64,000 bases of DNA from Phoronis australis. Lineage: Eukaryota; Animalia; Phoronida. Of this stretch, positions 35,527 through 47,418 are shown one piece after another (positions within the stretch are counted from its first letter, which is position 1; each line of letters starts with the position of its first letter). Where the stretch lies: assembly GCA_002633005.1 (NCBI GenBank), contig NMRA01000050.1:389353-453352 (forward strand). The letters run 5' to 3'. The notes under the pieces are model-generated. The model was not told where the DNA came from and did not search any database. It worked only from the letters and a program-made list of their open reading frames with translations. The translations under genes were made by a program, and so were the position numbers.

Positions 35527-38485
35527 GTATTTTACCAACCTTTTAAAATTAGTTGGTGATATCTTGTTGGGAGAATTAAATTCAGAACTTGGAAGAATGT
35601 CTGTGAATATAAAACCTCATCATGATATTTCGATTTGCCAGTGGAAAAAGAATTTTCCCGAGTCTCATATTAGGCGACTCTCGTGTGACATAATGGAGAA
35701 CGTACAGCAGAATCACCGTTTTCGACCGTCAGAGGCGGCACTCATCCTCAGAATGATGGTCACGTGGATTGCAGACACGTGGGACACTTAATACGATATC
35801 CTAAACGTTAGACAGAGAGTACTGCCCTACAAGACCCTGTAGCCCGCTTTCTTACGACTTTCTCGACATCGATGAAAGTATTTAGTGAGACATTCGTGAG
35901 TCTTTAAAAACATAGAGAATATGACTAAACGTAAAATATAACAACTTTTGTTTGCATGATATTTCTTAATCGTCATTCGTATCCTGTGCCACATGACCCT
36001 TTATCGTCAATGGTCGAAATCACACTTGCAATACCAAGGTGCACTGGGCTGGTGTATTTTTCACTTGATCACTGATATGTGGATAATCACAGGGAGACAG
36101 TGGGTGTGAGTATAAAGAATCGTACACTGAGTTTGTTAGAACACAGCGACATAAAACATAGAAAGTCCAGTACTTAATCCAAACAAAATTTTTGAAAGGG
36201 TCTACGTCTCGTATTCTAAAAGATTACTTCACGAAAGTTTACTTACAGAGCTTCTTGGCCTCTGGGTTTGTAATGTATTGTACAACGCCTTTATCATAAG
36301 CACTTGGCGTTAGTTGTCAATGGCGCACAGAAATTATGCTTAACGCAATTTACTTTTACTGCGTTAAAGGTTTAAGGTTTGTAGTGAAAGCTTTTTTTAA
36401 AGTAACGTCTTGCAGAAGATGATTTTGACTGTGTACCAATCTGCCGTTGATTGGGTTGTGTGAACGTTTTCATAAAAAGCATTAAAGTCATTTTTGTAGT
36501 AGCCTCTCATACACAAATGGAATATTTTAAAAAACAAATTCCAGAAGTGCATAGTGCATAGTGTCTAAAATTTCATAGGAATCCGGTCAACCATTTCTGA
36601 GGTATGATGTTCTATGCTACGATTTCTAGGGTCCAAAATAACCTTAAATCGACATTAAAATGTCGGCACTCGAGAAATCAGATGGCAATTTCACCATGGT
36701 AGTCATACAAGTGAAAATTTTAAGACTCTCTTGTGCGCATTTGTCGTCTGAATTTTTATACAAACGGTGAATTACCACTATGCGAGTACACTGAATTTAT
36801 TCAAACGAGTATTGTGTCAACAGGTTAGGACTACCGAGACAAATAATTTGTTCACTTGCCCTCTCATATCGAACACCTTTTACTAATCACCAATCAAGCA
36901 GTGACCGTCGGCTGTCGCAGTCCAAAGCAAGTGAATATTGTTTTCACGCATCACTAGTCTAATTGAACCCAACAAGGAAACTATCTTGTAACGATATCTT
37001 TGTCGAGTGACACTAATTTTATTGCTCCGTTGCACATGGTGGGGTCAGGTATTACCAGACACACAATGATTTAGTGTTTTCTATAAGATAATTTTAGGTA
37101 TTTTCTTACAAATACGACAAACAACAAGTCGAGGCGTATTGTGCAGACTGCAAACAAACTAGTAGCCTTAGCTGCAATTTGCGACTCATTAGTAAAAAGC
37201 ACTCCAGCATAAAATACATCCTGAGATATTCTTAAGCAATCTTTTTATCATATTCAGAGTACATCAACCAACCCAGTTTACTTTGTGACAGGCTGCTTTG
37301 CTTACAGATTGACCTTAATCTGAAAACATGTATAGTCATGTACTTGTACATCCAGTCAAACAAGTCGTCTTCCATCTGATGTTTGTATTTGCCAGCAGCC
37401 AGTTGGGATAGAGAAGGCTGTTGCAAATTTTCTGTAAATAGCGCTAAAAACATAAAGTCGACCATATTCGGTTTTAATGAACGTGTTTGCGAATGCAAAT
37501 ATTTCCCTCAGAGGTTTGTAATCAAATAAAGTACTCACACCATGGAAATCTTTTTGAAACCACAATTATCAACAACACCAATCCAGTAATTTGTAATGAC
37601 GTCCAAGGCTCCAAGGGCCCCTTTTGATGGAATCGAGTCTCACTCTTTTCTTGTTTAAGTTGCCAAATTATACATCGTTTCATGTCATGTTTCTAAGAGA
37701 GCCTCCGATGATGCAATCAGTCGTCACTCCTTTCTTTTTTAATTTTTGCCTGGTTACAAATCACTGAGTCCTCCTCAGTCTTGGAGGGGGATCTCTTGTT
37801 CAGTTCTCACCTATGCCTCTATGAGTCTGTGTCTATTGTACAGAAGCATAACCTAAGACAACTAATGCTAGAGTTCGTAACTACAAGTGGAGAAAATACG
37901 CGATTTGCCACAAATTTCAGTTGAAGCCCACTGAATTGGTGTGGTTCAACTCTTGTATTTCACTGAGCTGTGTCTGGGACAAACTGTGGATGAATTTACG
38001 AGAGGATTTACAACATCTCGTAAAACGGACCCAAGGGATCCCAGAGCACCCGAAAAAAAGTTGCATGGCCTCTCCCTCCTGTTGCAAAGACTATTTTTGC
38101 ACATGCCAACCGAATATTTTTTCAAACTGTTCAAAAAACCGTTGCAGCTGTCTCGAACTTAACTCCGGAAACCTTCTCAAGTGTTTGTGATTTTAGAAAA
38201 CTTTCTATAGATTTATGTAGTTTAGAAATCCCAGAGTGTGGGGAATTATATCGGAGAAGGCACCCCTTTGTAGGGAAAGTCGCCGTGAAAAGATCACCGT
38301 CCTGGCGGCACGTGCCGTATGTCTCTTCTGTGGGACTACCACTGCCATTATCCTCCAACAGTAAGTAGCCAAGTATCCTCCTCCTCAACTCTATGTTAAC
38401 CTGCGTTATTCACTAGTCACGAGGTGTTAACTGTTTTTGTAATGGGTTCAGTTGCAGATAATCATTTTGCTCTCGTGTATTTTAG

Positions 38486-38595
38486 TGACCTTATCGGGCA
38501 CAGAGAAAATAGAAGGCTTCTTTCTCCAAGCTCGTGACGCCAACAGCACCGGGTTGAGAATTGGCACATTTACAACAAGCGAACCTGATGTCAAG
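38486..38595 (+). CDS. Reeler-domain protein, coding exon 2
   Basis: VTLSGTEKIEGFFLQARDANSTGLRIGTFTTSEPDVK (GF.LQAR...G.F motif). Acceptor ttttag, donor AAG|gtgaaa; phase 1 to 0. Confidence 0.92.
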
Positions 38596-40038
38596 GTGAA
38601 ATATACATCTGGATATTTTTTAAAGTTTAAATTATAAAGAACACAATTATGAAAAAGCCAAAATGACGCAAAACGTCGCTAGTGACTTCGATGATTTTTC
38701 AGTAGGCCTACTCGAAATTCAATAGGTGTCGCAAGTGAAACAAAGAACCGTCCTATAGAAATGCCTGCATTCAGAACAACTGCGTTCTGTATATCTTAGA
38801 CATTTACACTTACGATGAAAAAAATCGTCACTTCTGAAACGGAAATAGTAAATTCTATTCCATTAGATATGAATTCAAACCCATAATTCAACAATCCACC
38901 TTCACCAACCAATTCACGTCAGTGGCCGTCATTTTACTGGGTTTCGCTAGGGTCGCGAGCATACTTGCCAACTCAACTTTCATTCACGTGTTTTTGCGTA
39001 GTCTTACGTTGTCACGCTTTCCCGCTTGAAACTTGGGAAGAGTGCCCAAGTAAATCACACGGGACCCTTATCACAAGGGCCCCATACCGACAATCTACTT
39101 TCTGCTCAGAGTCCTTTCAAATGGTGAAAGAGGAACTTTCATCTATTAGCACCACTTAGCGAATTTCTAGTCAGCCATCGGAATCGAATCATGGCCAAAG
39201 AGTATCGGCGTTGTGGCCACAGTTTCAAGCTATAGGGAATTTCCGTATGCCTGTATTAGGCGGGGTATCGATATAAGTTATATTCGGGATCAAAAGTCAA
39301 ATTTAAAAATACATTTGCAAGTGGGCGTACTCAAATGTCTGTCACGTGGTGTCTGATACAAATCTAAAAACAAAATGTACGGAACTGTATTGTTGATATT
39401 TTTCTAATCTATAGGATACGAATTTGTCATTGAAAATTTAGTTTTAACACACTAAAAGATTTTGTTTTCCATTTCCTAAGAAACTTGGAAACGCTAAAAA
39501 GTTATAACTTTCACAATTTCCCCTCGTATTCGACCCAAGCGTATTTCAAGAAAAGTGTTCTTACATACGATCCCTGGTATTATATTCCTTTAAGGTCGGA
39601 AGGGGCAAGTAAGCTTGATTTGCACTCGTATCTACAAGGAACTGTAACCGGAGGTGTAGTGGCATGGCGCCCTGCTGGTCCTTTCTACTGGACCTGGGAA
39701 CAGAAAGCTGCATGCATCCACACCTGAATATGCTTCAGTCTTGGTCATGTTTTTTTTTGCTTATAATGGCGTGGTTGCAATCTGGGAGACTAGATCGGGC
39801 AGGATTCGATGTGTGAGCAGGGGCGGATCCAGTACTTTTAGTTAAGGGGGGGTAGCCAGAATTTTGCCCATCAGACATTCGAACGCAAAAACTTGATGGC
39901 CATTCCCTAACTCAAGTCATATGGGCAATGTGCGCCTGCGCCATATGCGCTATTTTAGCTAGGGTTGGCCAATCGATCCTAACAAATTTTGAAGCGTTTT
40001 CTGGAGACACTGGTGATTTCGATGTTCTTGGTTTTCAG

Positions 40039-40151
40039 AAACTGAACTGCACAGTACCTGATGATTCTGTCACGCACTCCAAGGAATTAGACGTTAAGAA
40101 GCTGACATTTGAATGGATGGCACCAAATAAGAGTGGTTACGTAATTTTCTA
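40039..40151 (+). CDS. Reeler-domain protein, coding exon 3
   Basis: KLNCTVPDDSVTHSKELDVKKLTFEWMAPNKSGYVIF (C...VTH...W.AP motif). Acceptor tttcag, donor TA|gtaagt; phase 0 to 2. Confidence 0.92.
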
Positions 40152-40607
40152 GTAAGTGTAACTTATAGCTTTTGTGATCTTATTTAGCTAGGTAGTTGTT
40201 CAGGGGCCAAGGATAATAGTTTGCCTCCTTTGTTTGCCAGTAGATCCGAGATTATATCTAGGACCTTGTTGATAAACGACCTCAACTCTAAGTCATAAGG
40301 GCAGGTGGCCTAGTTTACTGAAATAAGCTATATATAAACATGCGTAGACAAGAAAGCATTTTGTCTAGACGAGAGCCCTATTTCAGATCTACCATTTTGC
40401 TCTGTTTAGTTTGAATGAAATTTTAAAATAAATTCGTAGATGTCAAACGCACTCATCAATCACACCCGTTCAGGCATTTCCAGTGCCGTTTACATCAATT
40501 GTGGTAACCAAAGCGTCGTGTACTGGGTACCGTATTGTAGGGCAACTGATGGTACGGTACTCGCTGACTCGGATCTAGTCTTATCAAATTCATACCAACG
40601 GTTTCAG

Positions 40608-40662
40608 CTCCACAATGGTTCGTCATAAAGATACCTTCTGGGTCAAACAACCTTCCGTAATG
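40608..40662 (+). CDS. Reeler-domain protein, coding exon 4
   Basis: (Y)STMVRHKDTFWVKQPSVM, the Reeler C-terminal T.V....FW...S motif. Acceptor tttcag, donor ATG|gtaagt; phase 2 to 0. Confidence 0.88.
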
Positions 40663-40939
40663 GTAAGTTTTCATAAATAACCCAACGCACAGCGCAACCT
40701 ATTGAGCACTGGGAAAGAGTGCAACGCTACTTCTTTTGGTTATTGCCAATCGGCTGTCTTCCTTTATTCTGAGCATAGTAGTACAATCTCAAAGCGTATC
40801 ATTTGCTAGCTGTCTCCATTTTTCCTTTTCTTTTTAATGACTTTATAATCCTCATATCGTTGTCCAGACGCCGTTGAACCTTTTTAATAATTTTTCATCA
40901 TGAAAATCGGCATTAAACCCGCGTTGTGTCCTTACTCAG

Positions 40940-40999
40940 ATGAGAAATGACTTTGCTCGAGACCATGCTGGCTATTACAAACCAACTTCTATAGCTTAA
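40940..40999 (+). CDS. Reeler-domain protein, candidate alternative hydrophilic last exon
   Basis: Acceptor gtccttactcag, phase 0, MRNDFARDHAGYYKPTSIA*. Supported only by the splice signal and frame. Confidence 0.3.
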   Translation: MRNDFARDHAGYYKPTSIA

Positions 41000-41908
41000 T
41001 CTCTGTCAATAACAAGGTGTTAGTTCTCTCAAAGCCCTAAATTAAAGTCTGATTTCTTTCACGAAAGGCGTGTTTATAGCTGTTTTAATTTGAGCAAAAA
41101 TCATACAGCAACTTTACCATAGGGGAACGATTAGCTCGGGATCTCTCCTTCCGAGACACTACCAAAGCACATCACCGGCATGCCGTTTTTATGTGCGACG
41201 CAGACAGTGTGCTTTGGAAAATTGAGATTGCCCTCTCTTCCTTACGGCATCCAAGATGCACCAGTACTTGGAGAGCGGGGGAGGACGCATGTACGGACTT
41301 CAGTCATACGGCAAGTCATATTGCTTTCAAAGTAAAGAATGACTGACCATATGACTAAAGCTCGCTCATGCACAAAGTTCACATCCCAGGGGAAATTTGA
41401 GGCTACAAAAATACCCAAGGTGTTATTAACCCCGGTAGTTGTGTTTTAAAGTGAGGAACTATGTTTGAGTGTGGCAGACAGGTTGCTTGGGTGCCCTGCA
41501 ATAGGTCTGTGTTATAATGACGCTGAACATCGGCCAAACGATGTTGGCGGAGCGTTTCTCCTTAAATGGGGCGCTGAGGTTTCAAGAGATGTAGTTATGA
41601 CAACAACAAACAAACCGACTGTGAGGATAAACCACGCAGGTTAACTGCATAGTGCTGTTGGTAATTATGGCCGCTCTGAAGTCCTCGCCCTCGCCTCCAC
41701 TGCCATGTTAAACCATCAGTTCTGGTGTCGAAGCAACTTTCTTCACAGGAGTATTTGCTCTTTTAAATCAGCTTAACAGTAGCTGTTCTATATCAAAACT
41801 CATGTTTTGACAAGTGTTTTAAAAGAATTAAGCGTACGCCTATCTTGCAGACAATCGGAATTATAGCAAAGTAGTTCGTTTATGCCTTTTCCATGTTTAC
41901 ATTTGTAG

Positions 41909-41989
41909 GATACCGGAAGTGCTTATTCTCCGATTCTCTCGTTGGCTGTCATGTGCTTCTCACTTCTTTCTGCTAGAGTGATGTCATAG
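41909..41989 (+). CDS. Reeler-domain protein, probable last exon encoding a GPI-anchor-like signal
   Basis: Acceptor ttacatttgtag, phase 0; DTGSAYSPILSLAVMCFSLLSARVMS* shows small residues (GSA), a short spacer and a hydrophobic tail. AATAAA at 42344. Confidence 0.65.
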   Translation, partial: DTGSAYSPILSLAVMCFSLLSARVMS

Positions 41990-43559
41990 TGAAATCCACG
42001 CATCGTAATTTCATGTCGTCAGCATGGATGTTGTCGGAAAATAGGTTGTATTATTTAGTTGGATGATATTTTAAGATTTTTTTACAATTGCCGTGTTAAA
42101 ACACAACTGAAATGTATTTCCGCATTTTACCTAAGTTCTCACTCAGGGTATCACATTGTTGTACAACGAAAAACTCGATCGTGAAATGACCGCTTTCATT
42201 TTGCAGTAGCTTTCGCCGTGCCTTCAACCAAGTTTTTGTCAAAAAAGTGCAGCTGCCGAACTATACTGACCGCTTTAGTAGTGAATAGAGCTTTTCTTTA
42301 TATTGGCACGTGTTGTTTTGTATCTTTAACAGGAAATGGTTACAATAAAACCCAAGTTGTTGGGTCCAGGCTTGGTGAATAAGGCGGCTAAAATTCAAAT
42401 TTTCCTATACTATATTTCCAAATGAGTCGTGTTCTTTTTGCCTTATAAAAATCCGAAATCCCTGTGTCCCTTGAACTCTATGACAATAATCATGAAAAAT
42501 TTCAGTCGGTGTGACCGGAATAATCTGATCCGCGATTGCAGTTAGAGAATGCAAGGACCATGACTCGCTCCGCTATTTAATTTGACTTTAAGCTGTCTTA
42601 TTAGCCTAACTCGGATCCAGCAACTCTAAGGAGTGTCTTTTAAACAGTAAAGACCTAGTAGCACACGTTTTTAACACTTATTAGACTGTTAGAACATGTT
42701 ATAACGGAGCCACCAGAGCCTACAGGTCAATCCTAACAAAATCTGTAGTCCTCACCTGTCACGAACTGGAACCGCGTCATACTCTGCCAGTTTAAATTTG
42801 TTGCAAAAGAGTACGCCGGAAGTGAGATTCTTCGTGTATAACGGTTGAATAACAAGATAATAATAATATGGCGACTGGGCTAAGCGTGTTTTACTAGGAG
42901 TAATTAACTCTGGTAAACAGTATAAACAAAACAACGAACATGCAATATAAAATAATTGAGTAAAATAGCTATACAGTTAGAATATCCTGGCGAAAAAATC
43001 CAAAAGAAACAAAGACAGGGAAACTGAGATATCGGTGGTCTTCTACAATGAACGATGGAATATATACTGGTGGCGAAGTAACTTTAGAAAGAAAATTTGG
43101 CGTATTTAAAAATGGTAGAATATAAGTATAACTGAGTTGACAGTAAAAGGAAAAATTCCATTCAGCCATAAGCATTCGTATAGGCTACTATCCGACGGAG
43201 CCTGATCTCCTGGCTGGGCGAACATTTGTGCTCCGTGGAGCAAGATGAACACATTTTGAAATTAGCTCCCCTGGCCTTGATTGGGTAAAATTCGTGTGTC
43301 AGTGTCAAAGATATTAAAAAATACTGCGCCATGCTCCTAACACTGCAATATTTTCCCATCGCCGACACTCAGCTCATAGGCTACAGTTTATTACACCCCC
43401 CCCCACCCCGTTTGCGTTTTCAATCGCAGAATTTTCATATTTAGACAACGGAGGTATAGATTGTAAATTTTTATTTTGTTCTGAATGTTCCTTTCTTAAT
43501 AATGAAATTTTGACTTTAAAAGGGCGTTGCATAATAATAGTAAGGCACATAAATATAGT

Positions 43560-44525
43560 ATGCAAAAGCAACACGGGGCGTTGAAATGCGCCCACGAATG
43601 CACTGCAAACGGTTTTCTTCAAGGTGTGTTTAGTTGTATCATAAAAATGGCACTAGATGGTGCACAATACTTCCAATTCATCAAAAATGGGAAAGTGTCA
43701 CCGTTGTTTTAACAGAAAGATATTTACCACATTTCATGAAAATCCGTCAAGGAACTTTAGAGAAATAGAGGAAAACGGAAAAATATGAAATTGCTACTAG
43801 GGGCACAGCGTTCGTTGGATCCGTCTGAAAGTTGTAGTCTTCCTTTGTCAACTTCATACAAATACACTTGCTAAATTTAACATAGATCCTGTAGAGGTCT
43901 TAGGAGCTACAGCTATGGGCGCAAAAACAAAAACAAAAACCACAAGGAGGCACCACAGTAGTTGATGTGGAAAATCATCGTCAACCGTCCACTTCATACT
44001 AAGAACATGTAAGCCAATTTTTACAATCATCCTAAGAGAGGTTTGGTTGACAGAGGGCGGACGCCAAAAACAAATTAAAAAACAGTAAAAATGGCCACTT
44101 GTTGGCGCAAAATAAGTCGAATCCGTCTGACCGGAAAATGTCATCGTTTCTTTAAAAGAAAGCTATTTACCAAATGAAAATTCGTTTATAAACTTCAGAG
44201 AAACAGAGGAAAACGGAAAAAATGAAATTGCCACTGAGGGGCACAGTGTTCGTAGGATCCGTCTGAAAGTCGTCGTCTTCCGTTGTTATCTTCATATAAA
44301 TACAGACGCCCAGACAGATATGTGGGTGCATAAAAATCCGCAGAGGACCTTTGATGATACAGAGGGCACACCGATAGTCGGATTCGTCCGAAATTTGTTG
44401 CCATTTGTCGTCTGCTTCATAGAAACACGTCTGCTAAATCTCATCAAGATCCTGTAAGGGGTTTAGGAGATACAGCTGCAGACGCTGGATGACGGACGCC
44501 CGGATTATCCTACAGACACAGCCGA
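43560..44525 (+). mobile_element. HINE-like tandem-array repeat (copy C)
   Basis: Head gcgttgaaatgcgcccacgaatgca at 43578, the same internal units, and a tail ggtttaggagatacagctgcagacg...gacggacg. Confidence 0.7.
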
Positions 44526-45229
44526 TATTATTAATCCATATATGAATCCATATATAAATATGTGGGTGCATAAAATAGCCCACATTTCTTTTAACTTTGA
44601 AGCTTCGTTTCAGAAATAGATGGTCGAATTTCAAATGACTTGAACTGTTCACAAAACGAAAATGAATTGCTCCTATTTTATACCATTACGTTATTTCTGA
44701 GATCACTTCCGCAACATTTTCATCACATGAAATTCGATCTGTTAATGATATCGTTGTCTTACTACCAGTGTGTCATTGTTTTTGCTAAGTTTTACGGTTT
44801 TTGAGAGACCGTTGCCGGAAACCAGGTGTGAAACAGTATACATCAATAAAGACAGAGGCCTGGATGATTGGCAAGTAGGGTTTTCGCTTTGCTTTTTCGA
44901 ATCAAACAAGTGTTCGGTCATATTATGATGGCTCGTAGTAGTACAAACATGTAGTCGAAACCACTAACTTCCAGGATGTTTACAGATGAACAACACCATA
45001 CCTTTTGGCCCCGGTGTCAATCGTGTTAGTTGCCCTGCGCTACCTTTGGTATACTGTCACTGCTCGCTACTAGTTCCCGCATGTTAATGACATACAAGCC
45101 AGTCAAAGTCCAGTTGTTCCACGAATGACCAAGCCGCTAAAAACCTGCAATAATTTAAAAGGAAATCAACTCTTCAGAAGTAACCAACCTATATAACATG
45201 AAATAAAATCTACAAGTGAGAAAGTCTTT

Positions 45230-45655
45230 GGGCCGAAGCTATGAAATCACGGTATTCCTCGGTCTGAATGTTGGCTAGACCAAAAGTCCATAAATCCGAA
45301 GATTCATACAAGTCTGAAAATCTATAAGATCGAAGCTTCAAGTTTGAACTTTCATGACTCGAGGCTCTGAACAGTGATTTCGAGCAAGATTTTTGGAGTT
45401 TATGTACATGTATGTACATGTGCCCGTTTGAAGCCAGTTCTTCGAACAGCTTGTGTCTCTCAAAATGATCAAAACAAAGTTCGGCAATGTTCACTGAGCT
45501 GCCACATTTACTTACATTTTCAAATTTTGGTTTACAGCCTCTAAACTTTTGCTGCTCCACTGTAGATGACTTTGAACTACTGCTTGCAGGTGTCATAGAT
45601 CTTCGGATTAGTTTCGAACTATGCTTTCTGTCGGATTTGTGAACCTTCGGACCTA
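45230..45655. mobile_element. MITE-like element with ccgaag/cttcgg subterminal repeats
   Basis: tccgaag-type motifs on the left arm and cttcgga motifs on the right arm (ctataagatcgaag / catagatcttcgga). Confidence 0.35.
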
Positions 45656-47418
45656 TAGGTCGTATAAACGCACTTGGAAAAGTGTATTTAATCAATCATA
45701 TATGCATTTAAAAAATAGAGCAAATTGTAAATTCAATAAGACAATTTTGCGAATGCAAAACTATATGTTTCCAGAGGTCCCTCTCTGGAAAAGGATAAGG
45801 TAAACGCAAACAGTTGTCGCTCTATTTTTTCGTTTTATTCCTCGAAGTTGTATATCATTTGAGAAAAAAATGATGGCCTGACAGAAAATATCAATTCTTG
45901 CGCATTTCCTGATCTTTTGAAAATATAGATCTTTTAATGATTAGGGGTCCAGCCCTCGAAAGGGGCCATTGACGACATTCAAGTGACCACCCTTTTCGTG
46001 TTTTTACTGACAAATTCTTAAGGAGCCGGTCACGGAGATAGGGTCCAATGTTGGAATCAATTTCCTAAATTCTGTTTTTTGTGAAGTCGTACAACAAACT
46101 GTCATGTTGAGGAAGCTTACTCCTTGCACGTCACACGACGATGGAATGAACTGTCACTCGTTTTCAACCTTAATGATGTTTAGTCTTTCATCTCAAGGTA
46201 TCCCAGTTTCAGGTGAGATCCTATCTTGGTGGGGCGGTTCGGGGGAATTGTCCTTTTGTCCCTCTATACATGTGAGTCGGACATTGCCAAGTATTCTAAC
46301 TTCATCAAAACCACAAATCATTCGTGCGCAGCACAGCAGTATTAAGGCATTCGACTCAAACAACCAAAAATGTGAAAAAACAATCGAAAAGGTAGAATTT
46401 TGAAGAACGTGAATACTACTATTTGTGAATTACACAAAAGTATTATTTCCGATAGTTAGTTATAAAATATAATGTTACTTTTCCCACAGTATCACAAGAA
46501 TAGCTTTTTCCTGAAGACCGTAACTAGGAGTTGTTTGTAAGGAATTCGCACATGTCGAAAAGACTGTTGTCAGGCCTACGATTTGTGATGACCATGTACA
46601 TGTCGAATGGGGTACTCATTCAAAGTACATGTACTTGCAATCATAAACAAAGATTTCAGAGTGTTTTTTTTTTGGAGTTCAACTTTAACTTTAACTCGTG
46701 AACCGTTATAGGTACCTCTTAAATGAGCAGCAATACACCTTATTACTATAGTCTATGATGGAATCGATTGTTGGTTTCTGATTTACATAAATTTTATGTA
46801 TCTACGAAAATCGACTGATTGATAGGTGATATTTTGACAATTAGAAGCTAAACTTGTAAGAAATCACTAAGTTTCACTGAGCTTGTTTGCAGGCTGACAT
46901 TGGGAAAATTCGATCTATCATCAGATCCCCAAATGGCAAAGTATAGTAAACGATTTTTGTCTATCTCAAATAACATGAAAGCTCGTTGTACGATTTCACA
47001 AAAAACAGAATTTAGGAAATCGATTCCAACATTAGACCCTCTTTACATGACCGGCTCCTTAAGAATTGTTCGGTATAAACACGAAAAGGGTGGTCACTTG
47101 AATGCCGTCAATGGCTCTTTTCGAGGGCTGGACCCCTAATCATGAAAATATCTATATTTGCAAAGATCAGGAAATGCGCAAGAATTGATATTATCTGTCA
47201 CGTCATCATTTTTTTCTTAAATGATATACATCTTCGAGGAATAAAACGAAAAATTAGGGCGACAGTTGTCTGCGTTATCCTTTGCGAGAGAGGGACTTCT
47301 GGAAAAATATAGTTTTGCATTTGCACAATTGTCTTCTTGAATTTAAAAATTTCTATATTTTTCGAAATGCATATGTGATTGATTAAATGCACGTTTTCAA
47401 GTGCGTTTAGACGACCTA
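45656..47418. mobile_element. Non-autonomous DNA transposon with ~440-bp TIRs and TAG...CTA ends (Academ-like)
   Basis: 45656-46095 is the reverse complement of 46985-47418 (TAGgtcgtataaacgcacttg / caagtgcgtttagacgacCTA). No coding remnant recognised inside. Confidence 0.8.

Noticed and set aside
37100-37800. Minus-strand exon-like fragments nested in Reeler intron 1
   Set aside because: Splice-like signals exist but no coherent frame or identifiable motif; probably a decayed TE.
40541-40628. Upstream acceptor (ttgtag at 40540) for Reeler exon 4
   Set aside because: Joining TA|G creates an immediate stop; the acceptor at 40607 restores the conserved Reeler motif.
41506-41639. Extra Reeler exon between exon 4 and the GPI-like exon
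   Set aside because: Open only in phase 1; it hits a stop in the required phase 0.
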